From assembly GCF_006345805.1 (NCBI RefSeq), contig NC_043002.1, forward strand, positions 109,120,001-109,184,000: a stretch of 64,000 bases of DNA, read 5' to 3'. The position numbers and the translations under genes are program-made. This document shows positions 47,068 to 59,758 of this stretch, one piece after another. Below the pieces are notes generated by a model, which saw only the letters and a list, made by a program, of their open reading frames with translations, was not told where the DNA came from and did no database searches. Numbering within the stretch: the first letter of the stretch is position 1; each line of letters starts with the position of its first letter. Origin of the DNA: Octopus sinensis. Its lineage: Eukaryota.

Positions 47068-48026
47068 CACTTACAAACTAACAGCTCAAAACACTATAAA
47101 CTCACCTAAACACAGTCTGAATCATAGAAATCTGAATGTATCCCTATTTATCAGCTCCAACTCTCTAACTGCACAAACTATGACAACAACTAAAAACAGC
47201 CCAAGATAGTCAAAACCTAAGTACACTACATTCGAAATACACCACATTAACCAGACATGTAGAAAATATATAAAAAGCTAAATTTGTTGTAATACAATAA
47301 ATTGTGTAAATGTATAATAAACTCTCTTATGGTATCTACAAAACTAGCAGTAAAATCTTGTATGAATAACATCATCGGCTATAACCATTTCATACTACAT
47401 CTCGTAATAAATTGACAGTGACATGGTCACACACCAACGCTTGGTAAACTCTCTTACCAAACACTTCCCAGAATCACTAAAACTGCATGAAGATTCTGAA
47501 TGCAAGATATTTACCTCCCTCTTGCCATCACCATCATTTAACATCCCTCCCTGCTTTCCATACTAGCATAGGTTATAACAAAGTATTTCAAAGACTTCAG
47601 GACATGTTTAGAATCACTTACCAATAGTTTCCCAATTGCCACCATTTCAAAACTCGAGCAAAATAATAAATTTTAAAACTCTGGATCACAAATTACAAAG
47701 CATCACACAAACCTATTACGTTTCTTGTTCATATTATTTGTAGTCTTTTGAGAACTGATCCTTGATGTCACCAATTCCATCATTCCTCTTTTCAACTAAC
47801 CATATTCCAACCCCATCCCTTCAACTACCACATTGCTCACCTTCCTTACACAAACAACACACAATGGCTTCAACATCCAAAGAAGATGAAAAACAAAATA
47901 AGCATGTAGTGTAGTGAAAAATGGGACCTTTAACTTAATGATTGTGATCCCTAACTAAAGTGCCTCTACTCCTACATATGTCAATGCAGTTCTTAATTAG
48001 GTGTTGGTGCAATATATCTGAGAACT

Positions 48027-48540
48027 GTCATCATCATCGTTTAACGTCTGTTTTCCATGCTGGCATGGGTTGGACGGTTTGACTGGAGTATGGAAAACCA
48101 GGAGGCTGCACCAGACTCCATTCTGATCTGGTAATGTTTCTACAGCTGGATGCCCTTCCTAACCCCAACCACTCAGAGTGTAGTGTGTGCTTTTTACATG
48201 CCACCAGCACAGGGGCCAGAAGGAGCTGACATCAACCACGATTGGATGGTGCTTTTTACATGCCACTGGCACGGGAGCAAGTTGGGGCAAGGGGGCTGGC
48301 ATCGACCACCTTCGGATGGTGCTTTCTATGTGTCACCGGTACGGGGACCACAACTACAATTTCCATTTGATTGTGATTTCATTTCATTTTGATGTTGGTG
48401 TACTTGACTCAATAGGTCTCCTCAAGCACAGCAAGTCTCCCTATGATCCAAGGGTACTTTTGAGTTGGCTGATTATGTGACACTGGTGTAGGTTAGAGCT
48501 GTGATTTCACTTTATTTGCCAGGTCTTCTCAGTCACAGCA
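48027..48540 (-). mobile_element. RTE-like 3' fragment
   Basis: Shared tail and VNTR units; further copies ~16388-16625, 29472-29598, 39040-39455, 42585-42760, 44889-45105, 48958-49267, 60493-60722. Confidence 0.7.
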
Positions 48541-49547
48541 AAAGACAATCTTTATGTCCAACTTAGCACGGAGGTTTTGTTAGAACACCAAATATTGTAC
48601 ATTATTTACAATGGAGGAATAGGTGTCTTCATCTTGTTTGTTGCTACCACATTTTGGCTTTCATCAGGTGTTCTGATGGAATTTCAAACCCAACCCTTTA
48701 TTTTATTAAATAAAGAACCCCTGGAGAATACATCAGCCAAAACGTTGTGGTGACAACAAACAAGGTGAGGACACCTGTCCATCCATTGTAAATAATGTAC
48801 ATAATTCCTCATCTCAAAAATATAGAATAGTGTTACCAAATATTGTGTTATTTACTTTGAGAGTCCTCTCATATGGACTCGTGGTGCATAAGAGATTCCT
48901 TTTTGGTATTAATAATGCTTCTGTTATTAATTATCTGTAGATTGTATTTATTGTTAGATAGTGGCACATAAAAAGCACCATCCGATCGTGGCCGTTGCCA
49001 GCCTGGCCTGGCCCCGTGCCGGTGGCACGTAAAAAGCACCATCCGTCCGTGGCTGTTTGCCAGCTCCGTCTGGCACCTGTGCGGGTGGCACGTAAAAAGC
49101 ACCCACTACACTCATGGAGTGGTTAGCGTTAGGAAGGGCATCCAGCCGTAGAAACACTGCCAGATCAGACTGGGCCTGATGCAGCCTTCTGGCTTCCCAG
49201 ACCCCAGTTGAACCGTCCAACCCATGCTAGCATGGAAAGCGGACGCTAATTGATGATGATGATGATGAATTGGTTGAATGACTCTCATCTGAGATCTGGA
49301 TGGATTATTCATATTTGATTTTATAATAGAGATGAGTGTACAGTTGTTTCTTAAAAAAAAAAGAAATTCAATTTTGACTGCTTCCTTCGTGAATATTCTA
49401 ATTGATCTTAATTCTGTTCCCTTAAACATGGCCATTTTGGTGAAAATACTTATTATTGATTTGTATTATTTCTAATAAGTTAAATTTTAGTTTGCTCAAT
49501 GTTGAAGTGTTTGTTGTTATAAACTAGTTCTACTGTTTATTGTACAG

Positions 49548-49644
49548 GTCCCACGTCAGTTGGTATCGACATTTCTTTCCCTGGCTTTGAAAATGTTTAT
49601 GGCATTCCAGAACATGCTGACAGTTTTGCACTAAAGTCTACAAA
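49548..49644 (+). CDS. GANAB: GANAB exon 7 ([33 protein letters not shown])
   Basis: ACAG acceptor, AA|GTATGT donor; YGIPEHAD motif. Confidence 0.95.
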
Positions 49645-49699
49645 GTATGTATGATTTTTATCACTTTTATCACAACTTTTAGATAAATTGAGATACTCT

Positions 49700-50075
49700 T
49701 TTACTCTTGTTTCAGTCATTTGACTGTGGCCATGCTGGAGCACCACCTTTAGTCGAGCAAATCGACCCAAAACTTAATCTTTGTAAGCCTAGTACTTATT
49801 CTATCGGTCTCCTTTTTTGCCGAACCGCTAAGTTATGGAGATGTAAACACACCAGCATCGGTTGTCAAGCAATGTTAGGGGGACAAATATATACACACAC
49901 ATACATATATATTCATATATACGACGGGCTTCTTTCAGTTTCCATCTACCAAATCCACTCACAAGACTCTGGTCAGCCCAAGGCTATAGTAGACACTTGC
50001 CCAAAGTGCCAGGCATTGGGACTGAACCCGGAACCATGTGGTTGGTAAGCAAGCTACTTACCACACAGCCACTCC
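49700..50075 (-). mobile_element. SINE family C
   Basis: Near full-length match to 56138-56539. Confidence 0.85.
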
Positions 50076-50659
50076 TTCTTTTGAGAAAGAAGACTGTTTG
50101 CAAGTTGTATTTTATTTAATTGAACTTGGTGGTTGTTGAAATAATTTTAATTTTTTAAACTGCTATCTAGAATGAAATCTTAGAAATATTGTAAAGCAAT
50201 TATTCTTAAGAATGAAATTTTCAATAGCTTATCCAAAGAACTTTATTAGGCCAGTTTATCCATTTTTATTTTCTAGTGGTTTTCTTACGGGTGCACTGGA
50301 AAAATAGCAAGTCAGACATGTTACTTGGCAGCTTTTCTGCGTTTGAAGTTCAAATTTGGTCATTTTTGACTTTGCCTTTCATTCTTTTGGGGTGGATAAA
50401 ATAAGTACCATTTGAGTATTAGGGTCAATGTATTTCACTTACCTACTCCCCTAAAAGAACTATTGGCATTCTACAAGAATTTGAACTATTATTGTTCCTT
50501 CATAATGTTGGTATAGAATCTTTTCATCAAAATTTTCTGTTTTCGAAAAGCCATACAATTATTTCAAAGTTTGTATTCCAAATTAACAGCTATAAATAGC
50601 AATACATTTCATTGTCAGAATTAATTCACTCAGGCTTTGTTTTATTTTGTATTTTCCAG

Positions 50660-50761
50660 GAGCACTGATCCCTATCGGCTTTACAACTTGGATGTGTTCG
50701 AATATGAATTATACAATCCTATGGCCTTATATGGCAGTATTCCTGTTATGTTGGCTCATAA
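50660..50761 (+). CDS. GANAB: GANAB exon 8 ([33 protein letters not shown])
   Basis: TTTCCAG acceptor, AA|GTATGT donor; [10 protein letters not shown] and LYGSxP GH31 motifs. Confidence 0.96.
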
Positions 50762-50845
50762 GTATGTTGTCATATGTTTCTTTTATTTTTTTTACAAATA
50801 AAACCATTTAAAAAATTATTTGCTACTTTTCACAGTTACAAAGAT

Positions 50846-51570
50846 TCATCATCATCATCAGCGTTTAACGTCCGTTTTCCGTGCTAGCACGGGTTGGACG
50901 GTTCGACCGGGGTCTGGGAAGCCAGGGGCTGCACCAGGCTCCAGTCTGATCTGGCAGAGTTTCTACAGCTGGATGCCCTTCCTAACGCCAACCACTCCGT
51001 GAGTGTAGTGGGTGCTTTTTATGTGCCACCTGCACAGGTGCCAGGGGGGTCCGGCATCGGCCACGATCGGTTAGTGCTTTTAACGTGCCACCGGCACAGA
51101 AGCCAGCCAGTGCGGGGCTGGCATCGGCCACGTTTGGAAGGTGCTTTTTATGTGCCACCGGCACTGGAGCCAGTCGAGGCAGCGCTGGCATCGGCCACGT
51201 TTGGATGGTGCTTTTTATGTGCCACCGGCACAAAAGCCAGTCGAGGCGGAGCTGGCATCGGCCACGTTCGGAAGGTGCTTTTTATGTGCCACCAGCACTG
51301 GAGCCAGTCGGGGCAGCGCTGGCATCGGCCACGTTCGGATGGTGCTTTTTATGTGCCACCGGCACTGGAGCCAGTCGGGGCAGCGCTGGCATCGGCCACG
51401 TTTGGATGGTGCTTTTTATGTGCCACCGGCACAGAAGCCAGTCGAGGCGGCGCTGGCATCGGCCACGTTTGGAAGGTGCTTTTTATGTGCCACCGGCACA
51501 GAAGCCAGTCGAGGCGGCGTTGGCAACGGCCACGTTCGGATGGTGCTTTTTATGTGCCACCGGCACAGGT
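50846..51570 (-). mobile_element. RTE-like 3' end with the longest VNTR (nine GGTGCTTTT motifs, mostly 67-bp period)
   Basis: Motifs at ~51011, 51074, 51140, 51207, 51274, 51341, 51408, 51475, 51542; (CAT)n at the left end. Confidence 0.8.
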
Positions 51571-52605
51571 ATCACAACTACTATTTCCATTGATATTTAT
51601 TTCATGGTGAAATGAAATTATTAATTACCTTCCTGTCTCTCATTGTTTTAAACTCCCCTTTCAACTTTGTACCAAAGACTGTCCAAATATTGGATATCAT
51701 CACTTCAATTCTCTGGAACTAAATTTAGCCACTGCTTAATTTAACTTCATTCGTTAACTCTTATTTTTCAGTTTAGCAGGGCCTGAAAAGGGACATGTAG
51801 ATAGTTTTCCACTTCTTTCTCATTTTAATCCTTTTGTTATCATATTTCTGTTGAAATATATTGCCTTTATTTTTCAATTAATTTTGAAAATAATGAAAAA
51901 TTTTATAAAAACCATTGTTTTACTGTCCACTTTTCCCTGTTAACAAAAGTTGGATAAAGTTTACTGAGTCAAGCTTTTTTATAACCTCTTGCCCTTTGTC
52001 GTCAACCCTCACTTATTTCTGAATAATATTTCCCCATGGCCAAACAATATTTCATAGAATATTAGAAGTTAATGACACTGCTTGTAAGACAGTGACACTC
52101 ATTTACAATTATGCAATGTCAAAACAGACACATACTCCTTCACTCTCTCAAGCAGTGGGGTATGATTTGTTTGAGGGAGATTTGGTTGCTATTTCTAGAA
52201 GGTTGTGTGACCACAAAGAGGCTTACTTGTTGAATTACATTGTAGATGTTGATTCAATGTCTGAGATTTCAAACTGGGTATCATAAAACCTCTTGGTAGT
52301 TGTCAGAACCCACACCCTTGTTTTATAAAGTAATTTATGTTTGCAGCAGTTATATTTTCTGTTGTTTAATATTCAAATAGCCATGTCCTGCCCAAATATT
52401 TGACCTGTTTTATGTTCAAACAGATCCAGTCTGTCACACATACCATACAATGTTGTTCAAAAATAATATAATCATATTGAAATCTCAAAGACACCAGATA
52501 GTGCATGATTTATTCAAAGCCATGTAAATAAATAAGCATTACATTTGCCTGAGTAATCTCAATGTGAATTGGCTAAAATTTGTTTTTTTTCTCTTCTCTT
52601 TTCAG

Positions 52606-52684
52606 TGAAGAGAGAACTGTTGGAGTTTTTTGGCACAATGCAGCAGAAACCTGGGTTGACATCACTTCAAATGTTGCTGATAAG
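52606..52684 (+). CDS. GANAB: GANAB exon 9 (EERTVGVFWHNAAETWVDITSNVADK)
   Basis: Long pyrimidine tract + CAG, AAG|GTAAGT donor; FWxNAAETWVDI motif. Confidence 0.95.
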
Positions 52685-53301
52685 GTAAGTTTTTTTTTTT
52701 TTTTGTTTTATGATTTTTTTTTTTTTCCCCCGTCCTTTTGTTTCTTATTCTACTATTTATAGACCTCAGCAAGTAGTTCAAGAAGATGTTTAATTATGTT
52801 AATGATACATCAGATCTCTTTGTGTGGCAGGAAAAACCTTTTGTGCAGAAAATGTGATGTGACTAGAAAGGAACAAGTGAAATTCTGGCTTTTGTCTGAA
52901 GTGTTGTTAGTATTCATGTAAAGTTGAGCATAAATGAGAAGAGTGAGTAGTTTAGTGTGTTGGCAAGTAAGTATTGGGAGAGATGTGATTAAATTGGTAT
53001 GGTTATATAACTGGTTTGGTATTCATAATGTAATGCTGGTATGGGTATGTATAATGTAAATTAGCTGTCATTTCTGTGTTTGATGAATGCCATGAAGTGT
53101 GGGTATTTGGGGCAGCAGGTATGGGCACTGGTAAGGAATAAGTCGGATTACTGACTCTCCAAATTAAGGAATAAATTGTCAACATCCAAAGATGGATGGA
53201 TGTTAACAAGATTTAACCCTTTAGTGTTTAAACCGGCCGAAACTACACCTGATTATATATACACTTTAGATGAGTTGTAGTGCACCTGAGCACTGTACAC
53301 A

Positions 53302-53341
<40 letters not shown>

Positions 53342-53862
53342 CCGGCCTAAATATTCTACATGTTTTATATTCAAACTGGCCATATCTAGCCTCTCACACC
53401 TAACCTACAGTGACATTCTAAAAATAAACAATCATATCATTGAAACCTCAAAGCTATAACATAATGCATGACTAATTCAAAACAATTTGAGTGAAAAAGT
53501 ATTACATTTAATAGAGAAATTTGAACACCAAAGGGTTAAGGGTGTCTTTGTTGAAGAGAAACACTAACTGGATTTGTTTTTTGTAAATCTTTGTATATGT
53601 TTTTGATAACTCCATTCTATTTACTGCCTTTTTCATGTGCGAGAGAGAGAGAGAGAGATCACCTCACCTGACACGTGCTACACCATGCACCTGTTCAGAC
53701 ATCTATTTGATGGAGAGAGAGTAAGCTAATGTGCAGCACGAACATTTGATCACTATAAACAAATTATTTGTGAGGTCATTCAGCAAAAGCTGAACGCTCA
53801 TGTGTTGTCTTTGACGGGTGAGTCTATCATCATGTCTATATGAATTTTCTTAACTCTTGCAG

Positions 53863-54036
53863 AATTTATTTAAGAAGATGATGGATTATGTGAAAGGTGA
53901 CCAGGAAATACCACAGACAGATACTCATTGGTTCTCTGAAAGTGGTATCATTGATGTGTTTGTAATGCTGGGACCAAAACCAAAAGATGTATTTTATCAG
54001 TATTCACTACTCACTGGAACCACACCACTTCCACCA
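53863..54036 (+). CDS. GANAB: GANAB exon 10 ([12 protein letters not shown]...[13 protein letters not shown]...TGTTPLPP)
   Basis: TTGCAG acceptor, CCA|GTAGGT donor; SESGIIDVF and TGTxxLPP motifs. Confidence 0.95.
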
Positions 54037-55229
54037 GTAGGTTTCCTTTAATCAGCTTTGTTGCTTGTTCCTTCTCATGCCATGCTTGGCACATAAGGGT
54101 TGGTTTCTCGGTTTCATTGGCATATAGGTTCCCTGCCTGGGCGGGATGCCAGTCTGTTGCAGATGAGCTGCCAAAACATTAAGAATGGAGACGTACTTGA
54201 TTTGTATTCTTGTTTTTGCATGTACTTCATGAATTATCAGTTTGATATGAGGGTATTTGTCTTTTATTCTCTTTGGCACTGTTCATAGTTTAGTAAAACT
54301 GATTTTACTCATTTGAATCTTTTTTTTCATTCCAAATAGGTTTAAAATCTTTTTGCTAACAAAAAGAAAGAAGAGAAACTATATCTGTAGCTCAAATTTC
54401 CTTGTCTAATAGACTAGCTTTTATAAGACTACAACACACAGCAATAACAATTCCTGTATATTATTGGATTAGCCAATCAGATTTTTCCTTTAACCCTTTA
54501 GTGTTTAAACTGGCCAAATCTGGCCCAATATATTCTACATGTTTTATATTCAAACTGGCAATGTCTAGCCTCTCACACCTAACCTACAATGCCATTCTAA
54601 AAATAAGTGTTTTCTCTTTGTTCATGTTTGGATTAACTCAAAGCTGTAAGATGATCCAGGATTAATTCAAAACAATTTGAGTGAAAAAGTATTACATTTA
54701 ACAGAGTAATCTGAACACTTAAGGGTTTGCAACTCTACTTTGTTCTTAAGCAAACTTATTCAGACCTGTCAAGCAATGTTTTCCCTTTGTCTCTCTTACT
54801 ATGAAAGAACTCTGTTCAACCCATCACTCCATCCCTCTGGTTTCAGTTTTTACCTAAACACTAAATGAAATAAGTGGGTTTGCTGCTGTAAGGTTTCTTC
54901 GAATTCTGTTACAGCCCTTAAGTTATGCACTCAGTGGGGAAAAAGAAACGTTTTAATATTCAATATTGGTGATTTATATTTTTAAACAATCTCCACATTC
55001 ATAAACTTGGGCTACACCAAGTTTGCTTTACCTTAACTTTTCTAACCTGAGAAGGATCCAACAGGTTATGGAGTCCTCTTCAAACCATTCTGTAGTTGAG
55101 TTAATCATAGGCTACATTCTTCTTCCTGTCCCCTACTCCAGTGTAATGCAGCAATCTATGAGGAATATTACTATTAGCAAGAGGCTGTTAGAACTGACGG
55201 TTTGTAAAGACATAAAATTTAGATAAAAA

Positions 55230-55578
55230 CTTAGATAGGTTTCGACCAAAGATTGGTCCAGGCCATGTCTAACTTAATAGCACCACCTGATAAGATTATT
55301 CGAATCCTGTTTAAGTCAAGTTTTGTTCAAGTAGTGAGTTCTTGTTGGGTGAGTTGTATCCAATTATGGGTGGCTTATCTGGTATTCTTTGAAGGAATCT
55401 ATCCAGACTCCGTTTAAAGTTGATGGGATCCTTTTCCTCTTTGATCTCCCTTGGGACAATGTTAAATAGGGCAGGGCCTGTTGAGGAAAAGAAATTATGT
55501 TGCAGTGTACATGTATGTTGTGATCTTGAATTGGGCAGGGGACGTATGGTCCATGGTCCCAGTCTTGGATGAACCTTG
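55230..55578 (-). mobile_element. CR1/L2-group LINE 3' fragment (ORF2 C-terminus still open)
   Basis: Minus strand KVHPRLGP...HNFFSSTGPALFNIVPREIK...FKRSLDRFLQRIPDKPPIIGY...NSLLEQNLT* (stop 55313-55311). Confidence 0.75.
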
Positions 55579-55619
55579 GTATGCTATTAGTTTTTTTTTT
55601 ATTTTACTTATTTTTGTAG

Positions 55620-55681
55620 TTATTTGCTTTGGCCTATCACCAGTCACGCTGGAACTATAATGATGAAGAAGATGTCAAAAA
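55620..55681 (+). CDS. GANAB: GANAB exon 11 (LFALAYHQSRWNYNDEEDVK)
   Basis: TTTTGTAG acceptor, AA|GTGAGT donor; YHQSRWNY GH31 motif. Confidence 0.95.
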
Positions 55682-56137
55682 GTGAGTATCTTTTTGCTAC
55701 TGGAACTGCAAGTTGTAGTTGGGTGAAGGTTTTGGTTAACTGCCTATAACAGTGTAGAAAAAGTTTTTTTTTTCTTTTTTAAAACAAATTCATTTCAACC
55801 GTTCATTATAAACAAAACTGTTTGAGTTGGAATCAACTCGGCCAGATGTACTTATGTTGAAATATGCTTATAACATCAGAACGACTATCCTACTCTACAA
55901 CATATGTAGTTTAATGTTAAGTGGAAAACCAGTTTGTTGTGTAAGAACAACAATGTTACCTTAGCTCATCCAAAGAACTTTATTAGGCCAGTTTATAGTT
56001 TATCCATTTTTATTTTCTAGTGGTTTTCTTAGAGGTGCACTGGAAAAATAGCAAGTCAGACATGTTACTTGGCAGCATTTCTGTGTTTGAAGTTCAAATT
56101 TGGTCATCTTTGACTTTGCCTTTCATTCTTTTGGGGT

Positions 56138-56539
56138 ACTCTTACTCTTTTACTTGTTTCAGTCATTTGACTGCGGCCATGCTGGAGCACCACCTTTAGT
56201 CGAGCAAATCGACCCCGGGACTTATTCTTTGTAAGCCCAGTACTTATTCTATCGGTCTCTTTTTGCCGAACCGCTAAGTGACGGGGACGTAAACACACCA
56301 GCATCGGTTGTCAAGCGATGGTGGGGGGGACAAACACAGACACACAAACATATACACACATATATATACATATATACGACGGGCTTCTTTCAGTTTCCGT
56401 CTACCGAATCCACTCACAAGGCATTGGTTGGCCCGAGGCTATAGTAGAAGACACTTGCCCAAGATGCCACGCAGTGGGACTGAACCCAGAACCATGTGGT
56501 TGGTAAGCAAGCTACTTACCACACAGCCACTCCTGCGCC
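56138..56539 (-). mobile_element. SINE family C, full length
   Basis: tRNA-like head (TGGCTGTGTGG; GGGTTCAGTCCC), internal (TA/CA) tract; inserted into a duplicated segment. Confidence 0.85.
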
Positions 56540-57287
56540 TAATAAAATAAGTACCAGTTGAGTATTAGGGTTAATGTAATTCACTTACCTACTCCCCTAA
56601 AAGAACTATTGGCATTCTACAAGAATTTGAACCATTATTATTCCTTAGCAAATATTGAATAAAGATAAAAAGCAAAAATGTGTTGGTGGCTTTCGTATTC
56701 TCTTTTAATATTTTTGTTTTTAAATATTTGTTTTTGGTTTAGTGAGACAAGGAGGGGTTTAGTGCCAATGTCCTTTAACAGAGCAACCAAGAACTGGAAT
56801 CCTGATCCAAATGCTTTTAACCTGATCCTTTTGGGGGTCCAAATTTTATGTTCCAACTGACTAGAATCAGCTTCTCGCACCTACCCTATAATGTCATTTT
56901 TAAAATAAACTATCACATCTTCAAATTACAAGATTAATCAAAAACAATGTCAATAAATACGCATTCAATTTGACAGTAATCTGAATGTTAAACAGATTAA
57001 GCCTGCCACCTTAAAAATATGTTACCAGCTTATAAATATGTAATCATGAGGTCATACTATATCGCATTCCGGATGTTTTTCTATGTCTAGGCCACAACAC
57101 TGAATTCTACTTGCATCATTTCATTAAACAGATCTCGGCAACTAGATTAATGCCCTCTCTAACATTTGTCACTTATCCATAGGATACTATACAAATGGCT
57201 TTTTTTACTTACTCTGCTTGTTTTTCATTCTGTACTTCAAATGTTTATGTAAGCTAGTCTCTTAATAATTTTATTCTTTGCTTTCAG

Positions 57288-57365
57288 TGTAGATAATAAT
57301 TTTGATGTTCACGACATTCCTTATGATGTGCTTTGGTTAGACATTGAACACACAGATGGTAAAAG
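57288..57365 (+). CDS. GANAB: GANAB exon 12 ([26 protein letters not shown])
   Basis: CTTTCAG acceptor, AG|GTAACA donor; [15 protein letters not shown] motif. Confidence 0.96.
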
Positions 57366-57858
57366 GTAACAATAACACCTGGTCTTTTAATGTAATAAAT
57401 TGAAATCCTTGGTAACCATGAACGATTTATATACCTTTCTAGTTCGTTAGCAGTAAATGTGTGTGTGTGTGTTTAAATAATAGTATTGACAGTGACTTCA
57501 AAGTGTTGGCTAGCTAAGCAGTCATCTGATTGCCCAGTGATGGCTTAGGTGACTGAAACTTCGAAGTCTCCATCAGTACTAGTCTTATTAAAAAGTAATT
57601 TGTACTCTACATCCATCGAAGGGTTACTCCATACTTTTGTAAAGTTGTTTTTATTATGATTAAACGTAAAACAAACATTCATTATAATCGTTTAATATGG
57701 TGTCAGTTTGACAGGAGCTGGCCAGTGGAAGAGCTTCCCGGGCTCCCTGTGTCTGTTGTGGCATGGTTTCTACGGCTGAATGCCATTCCTTTACAAAGTG
57801 TACTGGGCACTTTTAGCATGGCACCGGCATGGGTGCTTTTATATGGCCAGCATGTAAT

Positions 57859-58260
57859 ATCATCATCATTTAACGTCGGTTGTCCATGCTGGCATGGATT
57901 GAACGGTTTGACTGGGTTGGCATGCTGGAAGGCTGTACCAGATTCCAGTCTGATTTGGCATGATTTGCTGTGGTTGGATGCCTTTCCTAATACCAACCAT
58001 TCCGAGAGTGTAATGGGTGCTTTCACATGCCACCAGCATGGGTGCCATTTGCGTGACACCAAGGTGTGTTTACATGCCACCAGCACAGGTGCCGATTTGC
58101 GTGACACCAGTATGTACCACTACTGCAATTTTACTCAGCTGATGGGTCTTCTTCTCAAGCATGACATAATGCCAAAGGTCTCGGTCATTGCCTCCGTGAA
58201 GCCCAACACTCGAAAGGAACTCGGCCACTTTGCTTCCATGAGGCCCAATCCTCGAAGCAT
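57859..58260 (-). mobile_element. RTE-like 3' fragment with ORF remnant
   Basis: Minus strand FRVLGFTEAMT/RDLWHYVMLEKK (frameshifted) upstream of VNTR-like 48-bp units and the tail. Confidence 0.65.
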
Positions 58261-59555
58261 TTTAACATTTATTTTTCCATGCTTCTATGAGTTGAATGGG
58301 ATTTATTCAGGCAGATTATCTATAGCTCGATGTTGTCCTTCCTATTACCAACCTTCACCTGTTTCCCACCAAGGTAATATTTCCCCATGGCCTGACATTT
58401 TTCCACAGAATATTGGAAAGGAGTGCCATTGCTCGCATGACGGTGACCCTCAACTAACATGTATTGTCAAGACAAAGAAATGCAAATGTACTCGCATATA
58501 TGATAGGCTTCTTTTGGTTTCCATTTACCAACCCATTCAGATGGCTTTGGATATCCTGGAGCTATGATAGAAGACATTTACCCAGGTGCCATCTCATGGG
58601 ACTGAACCCAAAACCATGTGGTTCTGAAGCAAACTTAACTCACTGCCACACACGCATGCACACACACACACACACACACACACCACACACACACACACAC
58701 ATTCTTTCTCTCTAAGATATCCTTTTATAGTTTTTAAAATTTTTCTTTTAGTAGGACTTGTTTATTATGAAAGTAAATCTTTTAGATTCAGAAGAGACAT
58801 AAACAGGTTGAAGTGGGAAAAAGAAAAATGTTCCTTATTTTCAATATAAGAACAAAAATATAGAATGGAGGGAAAGTGAGGATTTTATGGCATTGATACT
58901 TAAAGGCAATAACCAGCATTAATGGATCAGAATAACTAAAATTCAGAATTTAACCCTTTAGTGTTAGAACTGTCCATATCCGGCTCAAGTGTTCCAGCTG
59001 TTTTATGTTCAAACTGGTCAGCTTCAGCCTCTTATACCTGCTTTGTGCTGCATGTGGGGACTGAACCTGAGACCTCCTGCTTCTTGACCACACAGCCACG
59101 TTTTTAATGTTGTGGTAAGAAAGTTATAGTTGTACTGACTGTAGATATCAGACTGGTGCCTGGTGCAGTCTACTTGCTTGCCAGTTCTCAGTCAGAGACC
59201 ACCCAATCCATGCCAGCATGGAAAATGGATACTAAACGATGATGATGGACACATTAGATTATGTAGATCTAGACTGGAGAGAACATTGTTTTAACTTCCC
59301 CTGTTTGTGAGTGCTTGCTTTGGATCCGGAGCCTTTTCCTTGAATCTTTTGAGACAAGAAGATTTTAAATGTCATTCTAAAACTAAACAAACAGACCATT
59401 GAAATCACAGTTACAAAACAATATGAATAAGCATTACATTTGGCAGAATAATCTGAATTATAAAGGGTTAAATCGCTTTCTCACTCACACACCTTGCCTT
59501 TTTTTTTCCGTCTTTTCTATGATCTCATTTTGATAGGTCTTGTTTTATTTCTTAG

Positions 59556-59758
59556 ATACTTCACTTGGGACAATGCAAAATTTCCAAATCCCGAAGACAT
59601 GGTGAGGAATTTGTCTTCAAAAGGCAGGAAGTTGGTAAATGTTGTTGATCCTCACCTGAAAAGAGATGATGATTATTCAATCTACAAGGAAGGAAAGGAG
59701 AAGGACATTTTTGTTAAAAATAAAGATGGTGGTGTCTTTGAAGGGTGGTGCTGGCCAG
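59556..59758 (+). CDS. GANAB: GANAB exon 13 (YFTWDNAKFPNP...VVDPHLK...FEGWCWP)
   Basis: TTCTTAG acceptor, G|GTAAGA donor; DPHxK and GWCWPG motifs. Confidence 0.96.

Noticed and set aside
55235-55275. Minus-strand hairpin GACCAA/TTGGTC followed by GAAAC in the CR1 tail
   Set aside because: No CUGANGA upstream, so not a hammerhead.
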